The notes: generated by a model not told the origin, from the sequence alone. Shown: positions 41,619 to 51,433, counted from the stretch's first letter. The stretch is DNA of 64,000 bases from Minisyncoccota bacterium (GCA_041653755.1 JBAZEU010000001.1:65398-129397), one strand, 5' to 3'. Numbers and translations: made by a program.

Positions 41619-42374
41619 TTATTTAATTGTCCAGCCGCCGTCAACTACTAGAACTTGTCCGGTCATATAATCGGACTCATCAGAAGCCAAATAAAGGGCT
41701 GCGTTGGCGATATCTTCTGGTTCGCCAAGCCGTCCAGTAGGAATTTGAGACAAAGTATTCTGCAGGGTTTGCGGGTCGTTTTCTATTCCTTTTGTCATCT
41801 CGGTTTTTATGACTCCCGGCGCGATACAATTCACGTTTATTTTTTTTGAAGCATAATCTAAAGCCATTGCTCTGGTTAGAGCAATTACTCCGCCTTTTGC
41901 GGCGCAATAATGGGGGAGAGTATTAAATCCTACAAGAGCGGCAACAGAAGCGGTATTGATAATTTTCCCCTTACCTTGTTTTAACATTTCGGGCAGGACT
42001 TCTTTTGAACACAAATAAACACTTTTTAGATCAACATTAATCATTTTATCCCATACCTCTTCGGTTAATTCGTGGAGTAATCCATTACTAACAATGCCTG
42101 CGTTGTTTGTCATAATATCGATTTTGCCAAAAGTATCTAAACAGGTCTTAACCATATTTTTTACATCATTGGCATTGCTAACATCAACTTTCACGAAAAT
42201 TGCTTTCCCGGCACCGAAATTTTTCTCGATTTGGGAAATTGTTTCTTTACCTCCTTCTTCTGACCAGTCAGCCACAATTACTTTTGCACCTTCTCTGACG
42301 AAAGTTAAGGCAATACCTCTGCCAATTCCTGATCCAGCTCCGGTTATAATTGCTACTTTGTTTTCTAGTCGCAT
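41619..42374 (-). CDS. SDR oxidoreductase
   Basis: TGAGSGIG, NNAG, YCAAK, VDGG. Confidence 0.92.
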   Translation of the reverse strand: MRLENKVAIITGAGSGIGRGIALTFVREGAKVIVADWSEEGGKETISQIEKNFGAGKAIFVKVDVSNANDVKNMVKTCLDTFGKIDIMTNNAGIVSNGLLHELTEEVWDKMINVDLKSVYLCSKEVLPEMLKQGKGKIINTASVAALVGFNTLPHYCAAKGGVIALTRAMALDYASKKINVNCIAPGVIKTEMTKGIENDPQTLQNTLSQIPTGRLGEPEDIANAALYLASDESDYMTGQVLVVDGGWTIK

Positions 42375-42378
42375 ATTT

Positions 42379-42903
42379 TTATTCTTTACAACAATCAATT
42401 AATTTTTTAACTACTTCGCTAAGCTTGGCGAAGACCCCCGACTTTTGAGAATCTTGTTTGTTTAACTGTCCGTCTTCTAATTTTTTAACTTCACCGATAT
42501 TAATGGTTTTCAGATTTATACCCCAAAATAGTGAGTATAAATTATATGATTTTTCAAAAAGACCCTTTGCTTTTTCATCGTTACCTTTATGTAATTCTTT
42601 CGTGCCAACCTCGTAAAGTCGCATAGAAGCTGCTAATAAATGCTTAGAAATACACCAAACTTCACCTTCATAGTCTTTAACGATTTCTTTAAGTAGGGAT
42701 TTTCGTATTTCGCGCACTTCGTTCAACAAATCGAAATATTTATCTTTTTCGGTTTTTTTCGCGGTGAAGAAAAAATGTTCTTCCAAGCTGACCAGATTCA
42801 TTATGGCAATGCTTAAATCTTCATCAGACGAAAGATCCAATTTTTCTTTTTTGGCTTCTTTCTCAACTCTTTTTATGAAATTTTCGTAATTTTTAGAGTC
42901 CAT
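42379..42903 (-). CDS. Hypothetical protein
   Basis: 174-aa helical ORF in operon; EEH, WCISKH, terminal DCCKE. Confidence 0.75.
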   Translation of the reverse strand: MDSKNYENFIKRVEKEAKKEKLDLSSDEDLSIAIMNLVSLEEHFFFTAKKTEKDKYFDLLNEVREIRKSLLKEIVKDYEGEVWCISKHLLAASMRLYEVGTKELHKGNDEKAKGLFEKSYNLYSLFWGINLKTINIGEVKKLEDGQLNKQDSQKSGVFAKLSEVVKKLIDCCKE

Positions 42904-42910
42904 TTATGTT

Positions 42911-43453
42911 CTATAGTCCGAATTTTTGTAACGGGTCGCATTTCGTAATAAAATGGAAAATTAAACTGGCAGTGAGAAGCAAAACAATCGGCACGACAAC
43001 TCTTTGGTAGGGGAAATAAACTTTTCCGTTATGTTTTTTCTTTAACCATTCATTAAGCAGAAATCCGATGGTAAACGTGATGCTTCCGAAAAACATTCCA
43101 ATAATTAGTTTATCATAGCCCCAAATTTTTGAACAACCCGGATAAAATACCATTTTCTTCCAATAAAGCGTCAAAATTGTGATGGCATAATAAAAAATAA
43201 AAACGATAATTTTTCTGAAAAGGAAACGGATATTTTTCTTTCTAAGCCAGTTGATTGTCCATAAAGACAAGGAAACAACCAATGCGCCGATCCAAATGCC
43301 GGAAATCGTGTCGTCAACGCCAAGCCAGCGGGAAAGTTCAACTCCGCCAATAACAGCAAAAGTACAAACCGGGCAAACAGCCAAGGTTTTTAAGGGAATT
43401 AATAGGGTTGCAAAAGGTACGGCTAAAAGCGGTAAAAACTTTTTCATTTTCAT
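42911..43453 (-). CDS. Hypothetical membrane protein with CxxC
   Basis: AVCPVCT, several TM segments. Confidence 0.75.
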   Translation of the reverse strand: MKMKKFLPLLAVPFATLLIPLKTLAVCPVCTFAVIGGVELSRWLGVDDTISGIWIGALVVSLSLWTINWLRKKNIRFLFRKIIVFIFYYAITILTLYWKKMVFYPGCSKIWGYDKLIIGMFFGSITFTIGFLLNEWLKKKHNGKVYFPYQRVVVPIVLLLTASLIFHFITKCDPLQKFGL

Positions 43454-43465
43454 ATTCTTATTATA

Positions 43466-44638
43466 TCAAATAATCACGCCGTTTCCGAGACAAACGTTTT
43501 TGTCGTAGAATACCGCGAATTGGCCCGGGGTAGGGGAGAAAACAGGTTTTTTGAAGATAAGTTTTAATTTTTTGCCTTGCGGGATTATTTTTGCCGGAAA
43601 TAATTCTTGATGATAACGAGTTTTAGCTAAAACATTGATTGGTTTTTTCAACTTCTCTCCGGAGATTAAATGGTATGGCGATAAAAGAATTTCTTTTTTG
43701 AATAGTTTATTCTTGTCTTTCGTAGCGTAGACAACATTCTTTTTCTTATCAAAACCGAAGACAAAATATGGGCCATTTGAAATATTTATTCCTTTTCGCT
43801 GGCCAAGGGTGAAAAAGTGTCTACCTTTATGTTGGCCGATTATTTTTCCGTTTTCATTAATAATGTTTCCTGGTTTTTCACCGATTTTTTGTTTTAGAAA
43901 AGCAGGTAATGATTTTCCGGAAACGAAACAAAAATCCTGACTTTGCCTTATTTTTTCGAAAAATTTAAAACCCCTGCCTTCCGGCAGGCAGGATTCTCTT
44001 TTCGCAATTTTATAGACGTCTTTTTTGGTCAAATCGCCAAGCGGTAAGATTATCTTTGCTAAATCTTTTTGTGATAATCCGGATAGCATGTAACTTTGGT
44101 CTTTTTTGGTGTCTTTTGCTATCAAAAGTTCAAATTTTCTGCATTCTGCCTGCCTGCCGGTAGGCAAGGCATTCTTAATTTTTAATTCGCGTATGCGTAT
44201 GCGCGTGTAGTGACCGGTGGCAACATAATTCGCTCCCATTTTTTTCGCAACCTCAAAAAGTTTCTGGAATTTAAAATCCCGATTGCAAACAACGCATGGA
44301 TTAGGCGTTCTATTATTTTTTAATTCCGAAACAAAATAATTTACGATTTTTTTTGTGAAATCTTTTTGGCAGTCGATTATAAAATAGGGGATATCCAGTT
44401 TTTTACAAATTAACTTGGCGACATTCATGGATTCTGTCGTACAGCAAACATTTTCCCGTAAGAGATTCTTTTTATTCTCCCAAACCGGTAGTTTCAAGGT
44501 AACTCCAATGGGCTCCCAGCCCTGTTTTTTGAGCAACAGCAAAGCCACCGACGAATCCACCCCACCAGACATACCAACTACAACCCTTCGGTAGCGCTCA
44601 GGGCAAGTTTTTTTATTTCTTTTTTGATTCGTAGTCAT
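43466..44638 (-). CDS. mnmA: tRNA 2-thiouridylase MnmA
   Basis: MSGGVDSS, TPNPCVVCN, ATGHY, KDQSY, SQDFCF, TPGQ; carries three in-frame inserts. Confidence 0.95.
   Translation of the reverse strand: MTTNQKRNKKTCPERYRRVVVGMSGGVDSSVALLLLKKQGWEPIGVTLKLPVWENKKNLLRENVCCTTESMNVAKLICKKLDIPYFIIDCQKDFTKKIVNYFVSELKNNRTPNPCVVCNRDFKFQKLFEVAKKMGANYVATGHYTRIRIRELKIKNALPTGRQAECRKFELLIAKDTKKDQSYMLSGLSQKDLAKIILPLGDLTKKDVYKIAKRESCLPEGRGFKFFEKIRQSQDFCFVSGKSLPAFLKQKIGEKPGNIINENGKIIGQHKGRHFFTLGQRKGINISNGPYFVFGFDKKKNVVYATKDKNKLFKKEILLSPYHLISGEKLKKPINVLAKTRYHQELFPAKIIPQGKKLKLIFKKPVFSPTPGQFAVFYDKNVCLGNGVII
43973..43992. repeat. In-frame palindromic insert in mnmA (SCLPEGR)
   Basis: CCTGCCTTCCGGCAGGCAGG. Confidence 0.85.
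44149..44168. repeat. In-frame palindromic insert in mnmA (LPTGRQA), nested in heptamer repeat
   Basis: CCTGCCTGCCGGTAGGCAAG flanked by GCATTCT units. Confidence 0.85.
44584..44607. repeat. In-frame insert near mnmA N-terminus (CPERYRR)
   Basis: CCCTTCGGTAGCGCTCAGGGCAAG; same GGCAAG end as the other families; single copy in window. Confidence 0.6.
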
Positions 44639-45011
44639 TTATTGCTTCTTTTAGCGCGTCCATTGCCAAAAACGAACAGTGAATTTTTAATGGCGGAACA
44701 TTACCAAGTTTTTTAATCAAATCCTTTTGAGTTAATTTCATGGCTTGCTTTAACGGTTTTCCTTTAATCATTTCGGTTAAGACACTGCTGTTAGCGATAG
44801 CAACGGCGCAACCCAGGGTTTGGAATTTTACGTCTTTTATTGTTTTCTCACCGTTTTTATCAACACCAACCTTTATATATAACCACAAAACATCGCCGCA
44901 AACAGGATTTCCAACTTTTCCCAAACCGTCGTAATTTTTCATCACACCGACATTCTTCGGTTTCAGAAAATATTTCATTATTTCTTTTGAATAGATATCT
45001 TTTTGTTTCAT
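44613..45011 (-). CDS. iscU: Fe-S scaffold IscU/NifU
   Basis: YSKEIM.YF..PKN, GNPVCGD, GCAVAIA, KIHCS; ATGA coupling to iscS. Confidence 0.92.
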   Translation of the reverse strand: MKQKDIYSKEIMKYFLKPKNVGVMKNYDGLGKVGNPVCGDVLWLYIKVGVDKNGEKTIKDVKFQTLGCAVAIANSSVLTEMIKGKPLKQAMKLTQKDLIKKLGNVPPLKIHCSFLAMDALKEAINDYESKKK

Positions 45012-46210
45012 TTTTTCCAAAAAGGAGAAATTTTTCGTAAATCGCTTACGACTTTTTTAATCGATTTTATTAAATAGTCTACATCTTTTTCTTTCGTAAA
45101 TCTTCCCAATGTAATTCTTATTGCGCCATGGGCTTGTTCTGGTTTCAAGCCGCAGGCCAATAAAACATGTGACGGTTGTAACTTTGGTGAAGCGCAAGCA
45201 GAGGCAGTCGAGACAGCGATGCCCAATCCATTTAGTCGAGCGGCGAGTGATTCGCCTTCAACCGCGTCAAAACGAATATTTACATTATTCGACAATCGAT
45301 TTTTTGCGTCGCCATTTAAATAAGAACGGGGGATTGTTTTTAGAATTTCTTTCACAATTTTATCTCGTAGCTTAGCTTGCCGATCCAATTCTTTTTTTGA
45401 TTCTTTTTGACAAATTTCTACGGCCTTAGCGAATCCGACAATCGCCGGAATATTTACAGTTGAAGAACGCAGCCCGAACTCTTGTTCTCCTCCGTGCAAA
45501 ATCGGTTCTATTTTTATTCCATCTTTTATATAAAGAAGAGCTGCGCCTTTTGGCCCGTACATTTTATGAGATGAAGCAGTAAGCAAATCTATATTCATTT
45601 TTTTTACGTCAATCGGGATTTTACCAAAGGACTGGGCGGCGTCAGTGTGGAATAAAACTTTTTTCTGTCGGCATATTTTTCCTATTTCAACGATTGGCTG
45701 AATTGTTCCAATTTCGTTGTTGGCGTGCATTACTGAGACCAAAATTGTATCTTTTCTGATAGCTTTTTTAACATCGTTTGGATTTACGATTCCGTTTTTA
45801 TCAACTGGGACAATTGTGATTTTAAAACTCCTGCCTGCCGGTAGGCATGGGTTTTTGGCCAGCCACTTGGCAGTTTCTATAATACAAGCGTGTTCAATTG
45901 AAGAAATTATTATGTGGCCTGGCGACCCGCCTTCGCCAAGGCTTCGGTGGGCAAGGGCGACACCCTTTAATGCTAAATTATTACTTTCGGTAGCAGAGCC
46001 GGTGAAAATTACTTCTTTTGGATTGGCGTTTAAAGATTTAGCGATAATTCTTCGGCTTTGTTTTAAAGCTTCGAGAGCCTCAACGCCGAAGCTATGCAAA
46101 GACGCGCAATTGCCGAATTTGTCGGAGAAATACGGCAGCATCGCTTCTAAAACCCGTGAATCAACCGGCGTCGTAGAGGCGTAATCAAGATATATTTTTT
46201 TCTTAGCCAT
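45008..46210 (-). CDS. iscS: Cysteine desulfurase
   Basis: YLDYASTTP, HTDAAQS, SSHKMYGPKG, STASAC; two in-frame inserts. Confidence 0.95.
   Translation of the reverse strand: MAKKKIYLDYASTTPVDSRVLEAMLPYFSDKFGNCASLHSFGVEALEALKQSRRIIAKSLNANPKEVIFTGSATESNNLALKGVALAHRSLGEGGSPGHIIISSIEHACIIETAKWLAKNPCLPAGRSFKITIVPVDKNGIVNPNDVKKAIRKDTILVSVMHANNEIGTIQPIVEIGKICRQKKVLFHTDAAQSFGKIPIDVKKMNIDLLTASSHKMYGPKGAALLYIKDGIKIEPILHGGEQEFGLRSSTVNIPAIVGFAKAVEICQKESKKELDRQAKLRDKIVKEILKTIPRSYLNGDAKNRLSNNVNIRFDAVEGESLAARLNGLGIAVSTASACASPKLQPSHVLLACGLKPEQAHGAIRITLGRFTKEKDVDYLIKSIKKVVSDLRKISPFWKK
45830..45849. repeat. In-frame palindromic insert in iscS (PCLPAGR)
   Basis: CCTGCCTGCCGGTAGGCATG. Confidence 0.85.
45926..45955. 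repeat. 30-nt in-frame hairpin insert in iscS (LAHRSLGEGG)
   Basis: CCCGCCTTCGCCAAGGCTTCGGTGGGCAAG, related to 55125-55154. Confidence 0.8.
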
Positions 46211-46212
46211 AT

Positions 46213-46668
46213 TTAAAAACTCATTTCCTCGCCAATTAATACTTTATTTTTTTGAACAAAGCCGGCATTGACTTCCAAAACATATTTTGCCGGCAAAATT
46301 GATTTATAAGAAGGGCAAAGGGTTTGTGAGCAGGGGAGGAAGTTTTCTTTAATGTCTACGATTTTTTTATCTTTTGAAATGAAAATTAAATCTAATGGGA
46401 TTTTTGTGTTTTTCATCCAAAAAGATCGATAGGCCTCGTTTGGAAAAGTAAAAAGCATTCCTTTATTTTCATCAAGTGATTTTCTAAACATTAAGCCCTT
46501 TGCCAATTGATAGGGATTTTTAGCGGTTTCAGCTTGGATATTCAGGTTGTGTTGTGGGAAAGAAACTGGCGTTATCTTTATTTTTTGTAACACACTGTAA
46601 AAAGCAAAAAAGAAAAAAATTAAGATTAGCAATATTAATGCGGCGAATATTTTATTGAGATTTAACAT
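46213..46668 (-). CDS. DUF192 protein
   Basis: KGLMFR..L....GMLF, FWMKNT.IPLD, YVLEVNAG. Confidence 0.9.
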   Translation of the reverse strand: MLNLNKIFAALILLILIFFFFAFYSVLQKIKITPVSFPQHNLNIQAETAKNPYQLAKGLMFRKSLDENKGMLFTFPNEAYRSFWMKNTKIPLDLIFISKDKKIVDIKENFLPCSQTLCPSYKSILPAKYVLEVNAGFVQKNKVLIGEEMSF

Positions 46669-46679
46669 ATATAATTTTG

Positions 46680-46750
46680 TCGGGCTGCCGGGAATCGAAC
46701 CCGGGCCGCACCCACCCCAAGGGTGTATACTGCCGTTATACTACAGCCCG
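46680..46750 (-). tRNA. tRNA-Pro (GGG)
   Basis: CGGGCTG/CAGCCCG acceptor, CACCC-TTGGGGT-GGGTG anticodon arm, GGTTCGATTCC; CCA not encoded. Confidence 0.95.
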
Positions 46751-46915
46751 TTAATGATCTTAATCCATTAAATTTACACCTTTCTGGCCTTATTTCAAAG
46801 AAATAGAGGAAGAATTAGGCTGTTGACATAGGGTTGCGATGTTCTAAGCTTACTATAGGAGCCAATGCTAAAATGGCTATTAAAATTAAAGGTCGAAGTT
46901 AAAAAATCTTTAATC

Positions 46916-47539
46916 ATGATAAAAAAATCTTATTTCACGTATTTTTGTTTGACTGTTCTTCTTCTGTCAGCGCTTCTAGTGTCCGGTATCTGCGTGGCCA
47001 ATGCGCAAAACGATAATCATAATCAGCCTGACGAAATACAAAAATTAGGGGTCGGTGCGATCAAAGTTTATACGATCGGCACAAGCACAGACGAAATAAA
47101 TGTTTCTTCTTCTATCGGGAAAGATATAAAAATACATAAAGGAAACGGTAGTTCTACAGAAATTTATTCTGATCACGTTTTTGCGACTACTACTTTAGAG
47201 GTAGAAGTAAAAGTAGAAAAGTTATCGACTTCAACAAGTTCGACCTTGAACGTTAAATTGTCGAATGGAAGAAAAGCAGAAGTTAAAATTATGCCGAATC
47301 AGGCCTCAGAGGTGGCTATAAAAAGATTGGGCGATTTAGGGTTTAACGTCCAGTTGAGGGAGGCATCTTCAACAACAGCTTCGTCAACGATTGTTTATGA
47401 ATTAGATGGTCATAAACAGGTTAGATTATTAGGATTGTTTAGGGTGAATATGTTGGTGAAGGCAACCGTGAACGCTGAAGACGGTACGGTTGTTTCTGTA
47501 GCGAGGCCGTGGTGGAGTTTCTTATCCTCTGGCAAATAA
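46916..47539 (+). CDS. Secreted hypothetical protein with RPWWSFL C-terminus
   Basis: Signal peptide from MIKKSY; start could be 46865. Confidence 0.75.
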   Translation: MIKKSYFTYFCLTVLLLSALLVSGICVANAQNDNHNQPDEIQKLGVGAIKVYTIGTSTDEINVSSSIGKDIKIHKGNGSSTEIYSDHVFATTTLEVEVKVEKLSTSTSSTLNVKLSNGRKAEVKIMPNQASEVAIKRLGDLGFNVQLREASSTTASSTIVYELDGHKQVRLLGLFRVNMLVKATVNAEDGTVVSVARPWWSFLSSGK

Positions 47540-47550
47540 AGAATTAAATT

Positions 47551-47582
47551 AAAAATCCCCCGATGTTTATCGGGGGATTTTT
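47551..47582. terminator. Bidirectional terminator
   Basis: AAAAATCCCCCGAT-gttt-ATCGGGGGATTTTT between convergent genes. Confidence 0.85.
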
Positions 47583-47605
47583 AAACTTTGCAGCCACTGC
47601 AAAGT

Positions 47606-47791
47606 TTAAGCTTTTTTAGCTGATTTTTTGATACAGCGAGTGCAAACCAAGGCGCGTTTGCCATTCGGAAGCTTAATTTTTTGCAGATTCGGATATTTTC
47701 TTTTATGAGTTGTTGGGTTATACTTACCTCGAAGCTTATTTCGTGAACCGCCCATAGTAGAACCTTTTTTGCAAGTTGAACATTGTCGCAT
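47606..47791 (-). CDS. rpmB: 50S ribosomal protein L28
   Basis: MRQCSTCKKG...KRKYPNLQ...VCTRCIK. Confidence 0.88.
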   Translation of the reverse strand: MRQCSTCKKGSTMGGSRNKLRGKYNPTTHKRKYPNLQKIKLPNGKRALVCTRCIKKSAKKA

Positions 47792-47833
47792 AGTTTTTAA
47801 ATAATAATAGAAATTGATAAAAATTGCAAGATA

Positions 47834-49024
47834 ATGGACGATAAAATACAAAACTTATTAACGAGAGGAACAGTGGATGTTATCCAGAGAGATAGTTTGG
47901 AGAAGAAATTAAATTCCGGGCAAAGATTGAGAATTAAGTTTGGCGCAGATCCAACGGCACCTGATTTACATTTAGGCCATTCTGTTTGCTTAAGGAAGCT
48001 TAAAGAATTTCAGGATTTGGGCCACGAAATAGTTTTTATTATTGGTGATTTTACTTCTAAAATTGGCGATCCTTCAGGACGGAATAAAGCCCGGCCGCAA
48101 CTAAGCGATGTCGAAATCAAGAAGAATACCCAAACCTATCTTAATCAGGTTGGGAAGATTTTAAATGTTCGGAAAGTAAAAATTTATAGAAATAGCCAGT
48201 GGTTTGCAAAAATGAGGTTGGCTGACGTTTTAGGCCTTACAGCGAAATTTACAACCGCGCAAATTTTAGAAAGAGACGATTTTGAAAAAAGAGCAGAAAA
48301 CGGGGCAGAAATATACCTTCTTGAAACTTTATACCCTTTGATGCAAGCGTACGATTCGGTAATGGTAAAAGCCGATGTTGAGATTGGCGGAAGCGATCAA
48401 ATTTTTAATATGCTGGCTGGCAGAGAGTTACAAAAGAAAATGGGCCGAGAGGTGCAAGATGTAATGACGATGCCTCTTTTAATTGGCTTGGACGGCAAAG
48501 AAAAAATGAGCAAAAGCTCGAAAAACTATGTTGGTATAGCTGAAATCCCGAAAGAACAATTCGGGAAATTAATGAGTTTGCCAGATGAGTTGATTGTTGA
48601 ATATATGAAATTATTAACAGATATTTCTGTTGAAGAAATTAATGATACAGAAAATAAAATAAAAGAGGGGAGCATGAATCCGCGAGACGCGAAAATAAAA
48701 TTAGCTCTTGAGATTGTACGTTTTTATCACAGCGAAGAAGCGGCTCAAAAAGCGAAAGATGAATTCGAAAGAGTTTTTTCTAAAAAAGAAATGCCTTTGG
48801 AAATGCCGACAATAGAGGTTTCTGGGAACAAAATAAATATCGTTGACTTTTTGGCAGAGAATAATTTAGTAGCGTCGAAAAGCGAAGCCAGAAGATTAGT
48901 TGAACAAAAAGGAGTAGAAATTGACGGGAATACAATCGAGGATTGGAAAGAAGATATAGAAATAAGAGATGGTTGTGTTATCCATGTTGGCAAAAGAAGA
49001 TTTATTAAAGTAAAAATTAAATAA
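47834..49024 (+). CDS. tyrS: Tyrosyl-tRNA synthetase
   Basis: DPTAPDLHLGH, YPLMQAYD, GGSDQ, KMSKS, S4 domain. Confidence 0.97.
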   Translation: MDDKIQNLLTRGTVDVIQRDSLEKKLNSGQRLRIKFGADPTAPDLHLGHSVCLRKLKEFQDLGHEIVFIIGDFTSKIGDPSGRNKARPQLSDVEIKKNTQTYLNQVGKILNVRKVKIYRNSQWFAKMRLADVLGLTAKFTTAQILERDDFEKRAENGAEIYLLETLYPLMQAYDSVMVKADVEIGGSDQIFNMLAGRELQKKMGREVQDVMTMPLLIGLDGKEKMSKSSKNYVGIAEIPKEQFGKLMSLPDELIVEYMKLLTDISVEEINDTENKIKEGSMNPRDAKIKLALEIVRFYHSEEAAQKAKDEFERVFSKKEMPLEMPTIEVSGNKINIVDFLAENNLVASKSEARRLVEQKGVEIDGNTIEDWKEDIEIRDGCVIHVGKRRFIKVKIK

Positions 49025-49641
49025 TGTTCATAGTTTTTCAGCTCTTAGTTTTTCTTTTCTCTATCATTATCCATGAGGTAAGTCATGGCGCGATGGCTTA
49101 TCGGTTAGGGGATCCGACTGCCAAAAATATGGGCCGGCTGACTTTTAATCCTTTGAAGCATCTGGACTTATACGGTTCGGTATTATTGCCACTGGTTATC
49201 TTTTCTTTGTCCGGCGGAAGATTTATTTTCGGTTCAGCCAAGCCAGTGCCTTATAATCCTTATAATCTACGGGACAAAAAATTCGGTAATTTAAAAGTGG
49301 CGATTGCCGGTCCGGGCTCAAATTTCCTAATCGCTTTGATATTGGGATTAGTTATTAGATTTTTCGCTGGTCCGATTATGCTTTTAAGTTTCGGGAAGAT
49401 TTTTATCTCTTTAATCGCTTTTATCGTTTTCGTGAATCTTTTGCTTTTCTTGTTTAATCTTTTGCCGTTTCCGCCATTTGATGGTTCAAAAATCGTTTAT
49501 GATTTATTTCCGCGTCAGTGGGCGAGCGTAATGCGAATGGAACTTATTGGGATATTTTTAGGACTTTTCGTCGCTTATCTTTTCTTATCGCCCCTAACCA
49601 ATTTACTTTTTGGGTTGATAGTCGGACAGAGATATTTCTAA
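49024..49641 (+). CDS. Site-2 protease (M50)
   Basis: HEVSH, AGP.SN, NLLPFPPFDG. Confidence 0.92.
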   Translation: MFIVFQLLVFLFSIIIHEVSHGAMAYRLGDPTAKNMGRLTFNPLKHLDLYGSVLLPLVIFSLSGGRFIFGSAKPVPYNPYNLRDKKFGNLKVAIAGPGSNFLIALILGLVIRFFAGPIMLLSFGKIFISLIAFIVFVNLLLFLFNLLPFPPFDGSKIVYDLFPRQWASVMRMELIGIFLGLFVAYLFLSPLTNLLFGLIVGQRYF

Positions 49642-49648
49642 GACGTTA

Positions 49649-49677
49649 TTGACGAATTGATTATTATTTGATATAAT
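49649..49677 (+). promoter_or_regulatory. Sigma70 promoter of orphan cassette
   Basis: TTGACG-17 nt-TATAAT. Confidence 0.75.
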
Positions 49678-49784
49678 ACTCTGATAGTAGGAGTTGTTTT
49701 TTTAACAATTTATTTTGATAAACATCGGTACGTCTGGGATCCCGCATTAAGCGGGATGAGGGACAAAGCCGAAAAGGAGACAAG

Positions 49785-50402
49785 ATGGCGAAGAAAGATA
49801 TTGATGGGCTTATTGGTGGCATGGGCGTTGCAACGAGTTTAATTTCTTCTTTATTGGAGGAAGTAAAACGAATTGGCGGAACAGCCGAAGATGTTCATCG
49901 ACTTGTGAAACCAGAGGGTAGGCAGACGATTACGGAGATGGCTAAATTGGTCGTTTTCAGTAGCATTGATGGAAACATTAAAATTAAGCTGGATGTTAAC
50001 TACGACCAATCATTAATCGAAGCGGTCAAAGAAGGGAAGTACGATGATTGTTTTACTTATGATCTTAGCCTTAAAAACTTCCCAAACCATCAAAGCGGTC
50101 AGAAAGAAGTAGAATTAGTACTATTCTGTTTTGGACGGCAAGTATATTCTAAAGAAGTTTATGAATTTGAGGGGAAGCATGGATTTCGAATCGCTACTCC
50201 ACGTGAGCTTCTTAAGCTTGGCGCAAGATTGCCGAAACTTCAACTAAGATTTCCTATGGTAGCTCTTGGACCCGTTGGTAGGCATTCTTTACTTCTCTAT
50301 GGTTGTAATAACAGACGTGGTTTGAGTACTACTAGTGATTCACCCGGTGTGTTATGGAACGGGAATTATCGTTTCGCGTTTGTCCGAGAGAAAAAACAGT
50401 AA
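49785..50402 (+). CDS. Hypothetical protein, possibly CLec-like (DGR-target-type family)
   Basis: VNYD.SL...GKYD, NFP, RIATPRELL.LG, C-terminal W....RFAFVR; AAGGAG SD. Confidence 0.7.
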   Translation: MAKKDIDGLIGGMGVATSLISSLLEEVKRIGGTAEDVHRLVKPEGRQTITEMAKLVVFSSIDGNIKIKLDVNYDQSLIEAVKEGKYDDCFTYDLSLKNFPNHQSGQKEVELVLFCFGRQVYSKEVYEFEGKHGFRIATPRELLKLGARLPKLQLRFPMVALGPVGRHSLLLYGCNNRRGLSTTSDSPGVLWNGNYRFAFVREKKQ

Positions 50403-50425
50403 ACATCTTGACTCTTTAGTTCTTT

Positions 50426-50471
50426 GACCCCGTTCTTAGTATCTAAAAAATATTGGGGGCGGGGTCTTTTT
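50426..50471 (+). terminator. Intrinsic terminator
   Basis: GACCCCGTTCTTAGTA...TATTGGGGGCGGGGTC-TTTTT. Confidence 0.75.
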
Positions 50472-50535
50472 GTTTTCCGTTGACATACATCAATTATTTT
50501 GCTAAATTTTATCTATCGGTTTTAGAAAAATACAA

Positions 50536-50952
50536 ATGCCCACAATTCATCAGTTAGTAAAAAAAGGCAGAAAAACTTTTAAAACAAAGCCGAAATCACC
50601 GGCTTTAACTTTTGGTTTTAATACCAAGAAAAATAAACCAGTAGGTTACCCATCGTCATTCAAAAGAGGAGTGTGCTTAAAAGTTTTTACGACTACGCCA
50701 AAGAAACCGAACTCCGCTTTAAGAAAAGTTGCGAGAGTGCGTTTGACGAACGGAATGGAAGTAACTGCTTATATCCCGGGCGTTGGGCACAATCTTCAGG
50801 AACACGCAGTTGTTGTAATTCGCGGCGGCAGAGTGAAGGATTTGCCGGGCGTAAGATATCATATTGTCAGAGGATTGCTTGACACAACCGGTGTTGAAGG
50901 AAGAAAACAAGAAAGAAGTAAATACGGAGTAAAAAGACCTAAACAATCGTAA
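50536..50952 (+). CDS. rpsL: 30S ribosomal protein S12
   Basis: [30 protein letters not shown]. Confidence 0.99.
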   Translation: MPTIHQLVKKGRKTFKTKPKSPALTFGFNTKKNKPVGYPSSFKRGVCLKVFTTTPKKPNSALRKVARVRLTNGMEVTAYIPGVGHNLQEHAVVVIRGGRVKDLPGVRYHIVRGLLDTTGVEGRKQERSKYGVKRPKQS

Positions 50953-50953
50953 A

Positions 50954-51427
50954 ATGAGAAAAAAACGAAAATACACAAAACAACATGAGCCGGATGTAAA
51001 GTATGACAAAATCGTTATTAGCCGGTTTATTAATTATTTAATGAAAGACGGTAAGAAATCCGTGGCGGAAACAGTTTTGTACGATGCTTTTGATATTATT
51101 GAAAAACAAACCAAACAAAATCCGCTTGAAGTTTTTGAAAAATGTTTAGATACTGTTTCGCCTCTTCAAGAATTAGTTTCTCGACGAGTTGGCGGTGCTA
51201 ATTATCAGGTTCCAAGAGAAGTAAGACCGGAAAGGAAATTCTTTTTGGCTTGCAAGTGGATTATTGATTCTGCCGCTTCAGCTAAGGGAAAGCCAATGGC
51301 TCAAAAATTAGCCGAAGAAATTATTTTGGGCTCCAAAAACGAAGGTAATGCAATTAAGAAAAAACAAACTGTTCACAGGATGGCAGAAGCCAACCGCGCT
51401 TTCGCTCATTTTGCCAGACCCAGATAA
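50954..51427 (+). CDS. rpsG: 30S ribosomal protein S7
   Basis: MKDGKKS, RRVGGANYQVP, MAEANRAFAHF. Confidence 0.98.
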   Translation: MRKKRKYTKQHEPDVKYDKIVISRFINYLMKDGKKSVAETVLYDAFDIIEKQTKQNPLEVFEKCLDTVSPLQELVSRRVGGANYQVPREVRPERKFFLACKWIIDSAASAKGKPMAQKLAEEIILGSKNEGNAIKKKQTVHRMAEANRAFAHFARPR

Positions 51428-51433
51428 TCCACT

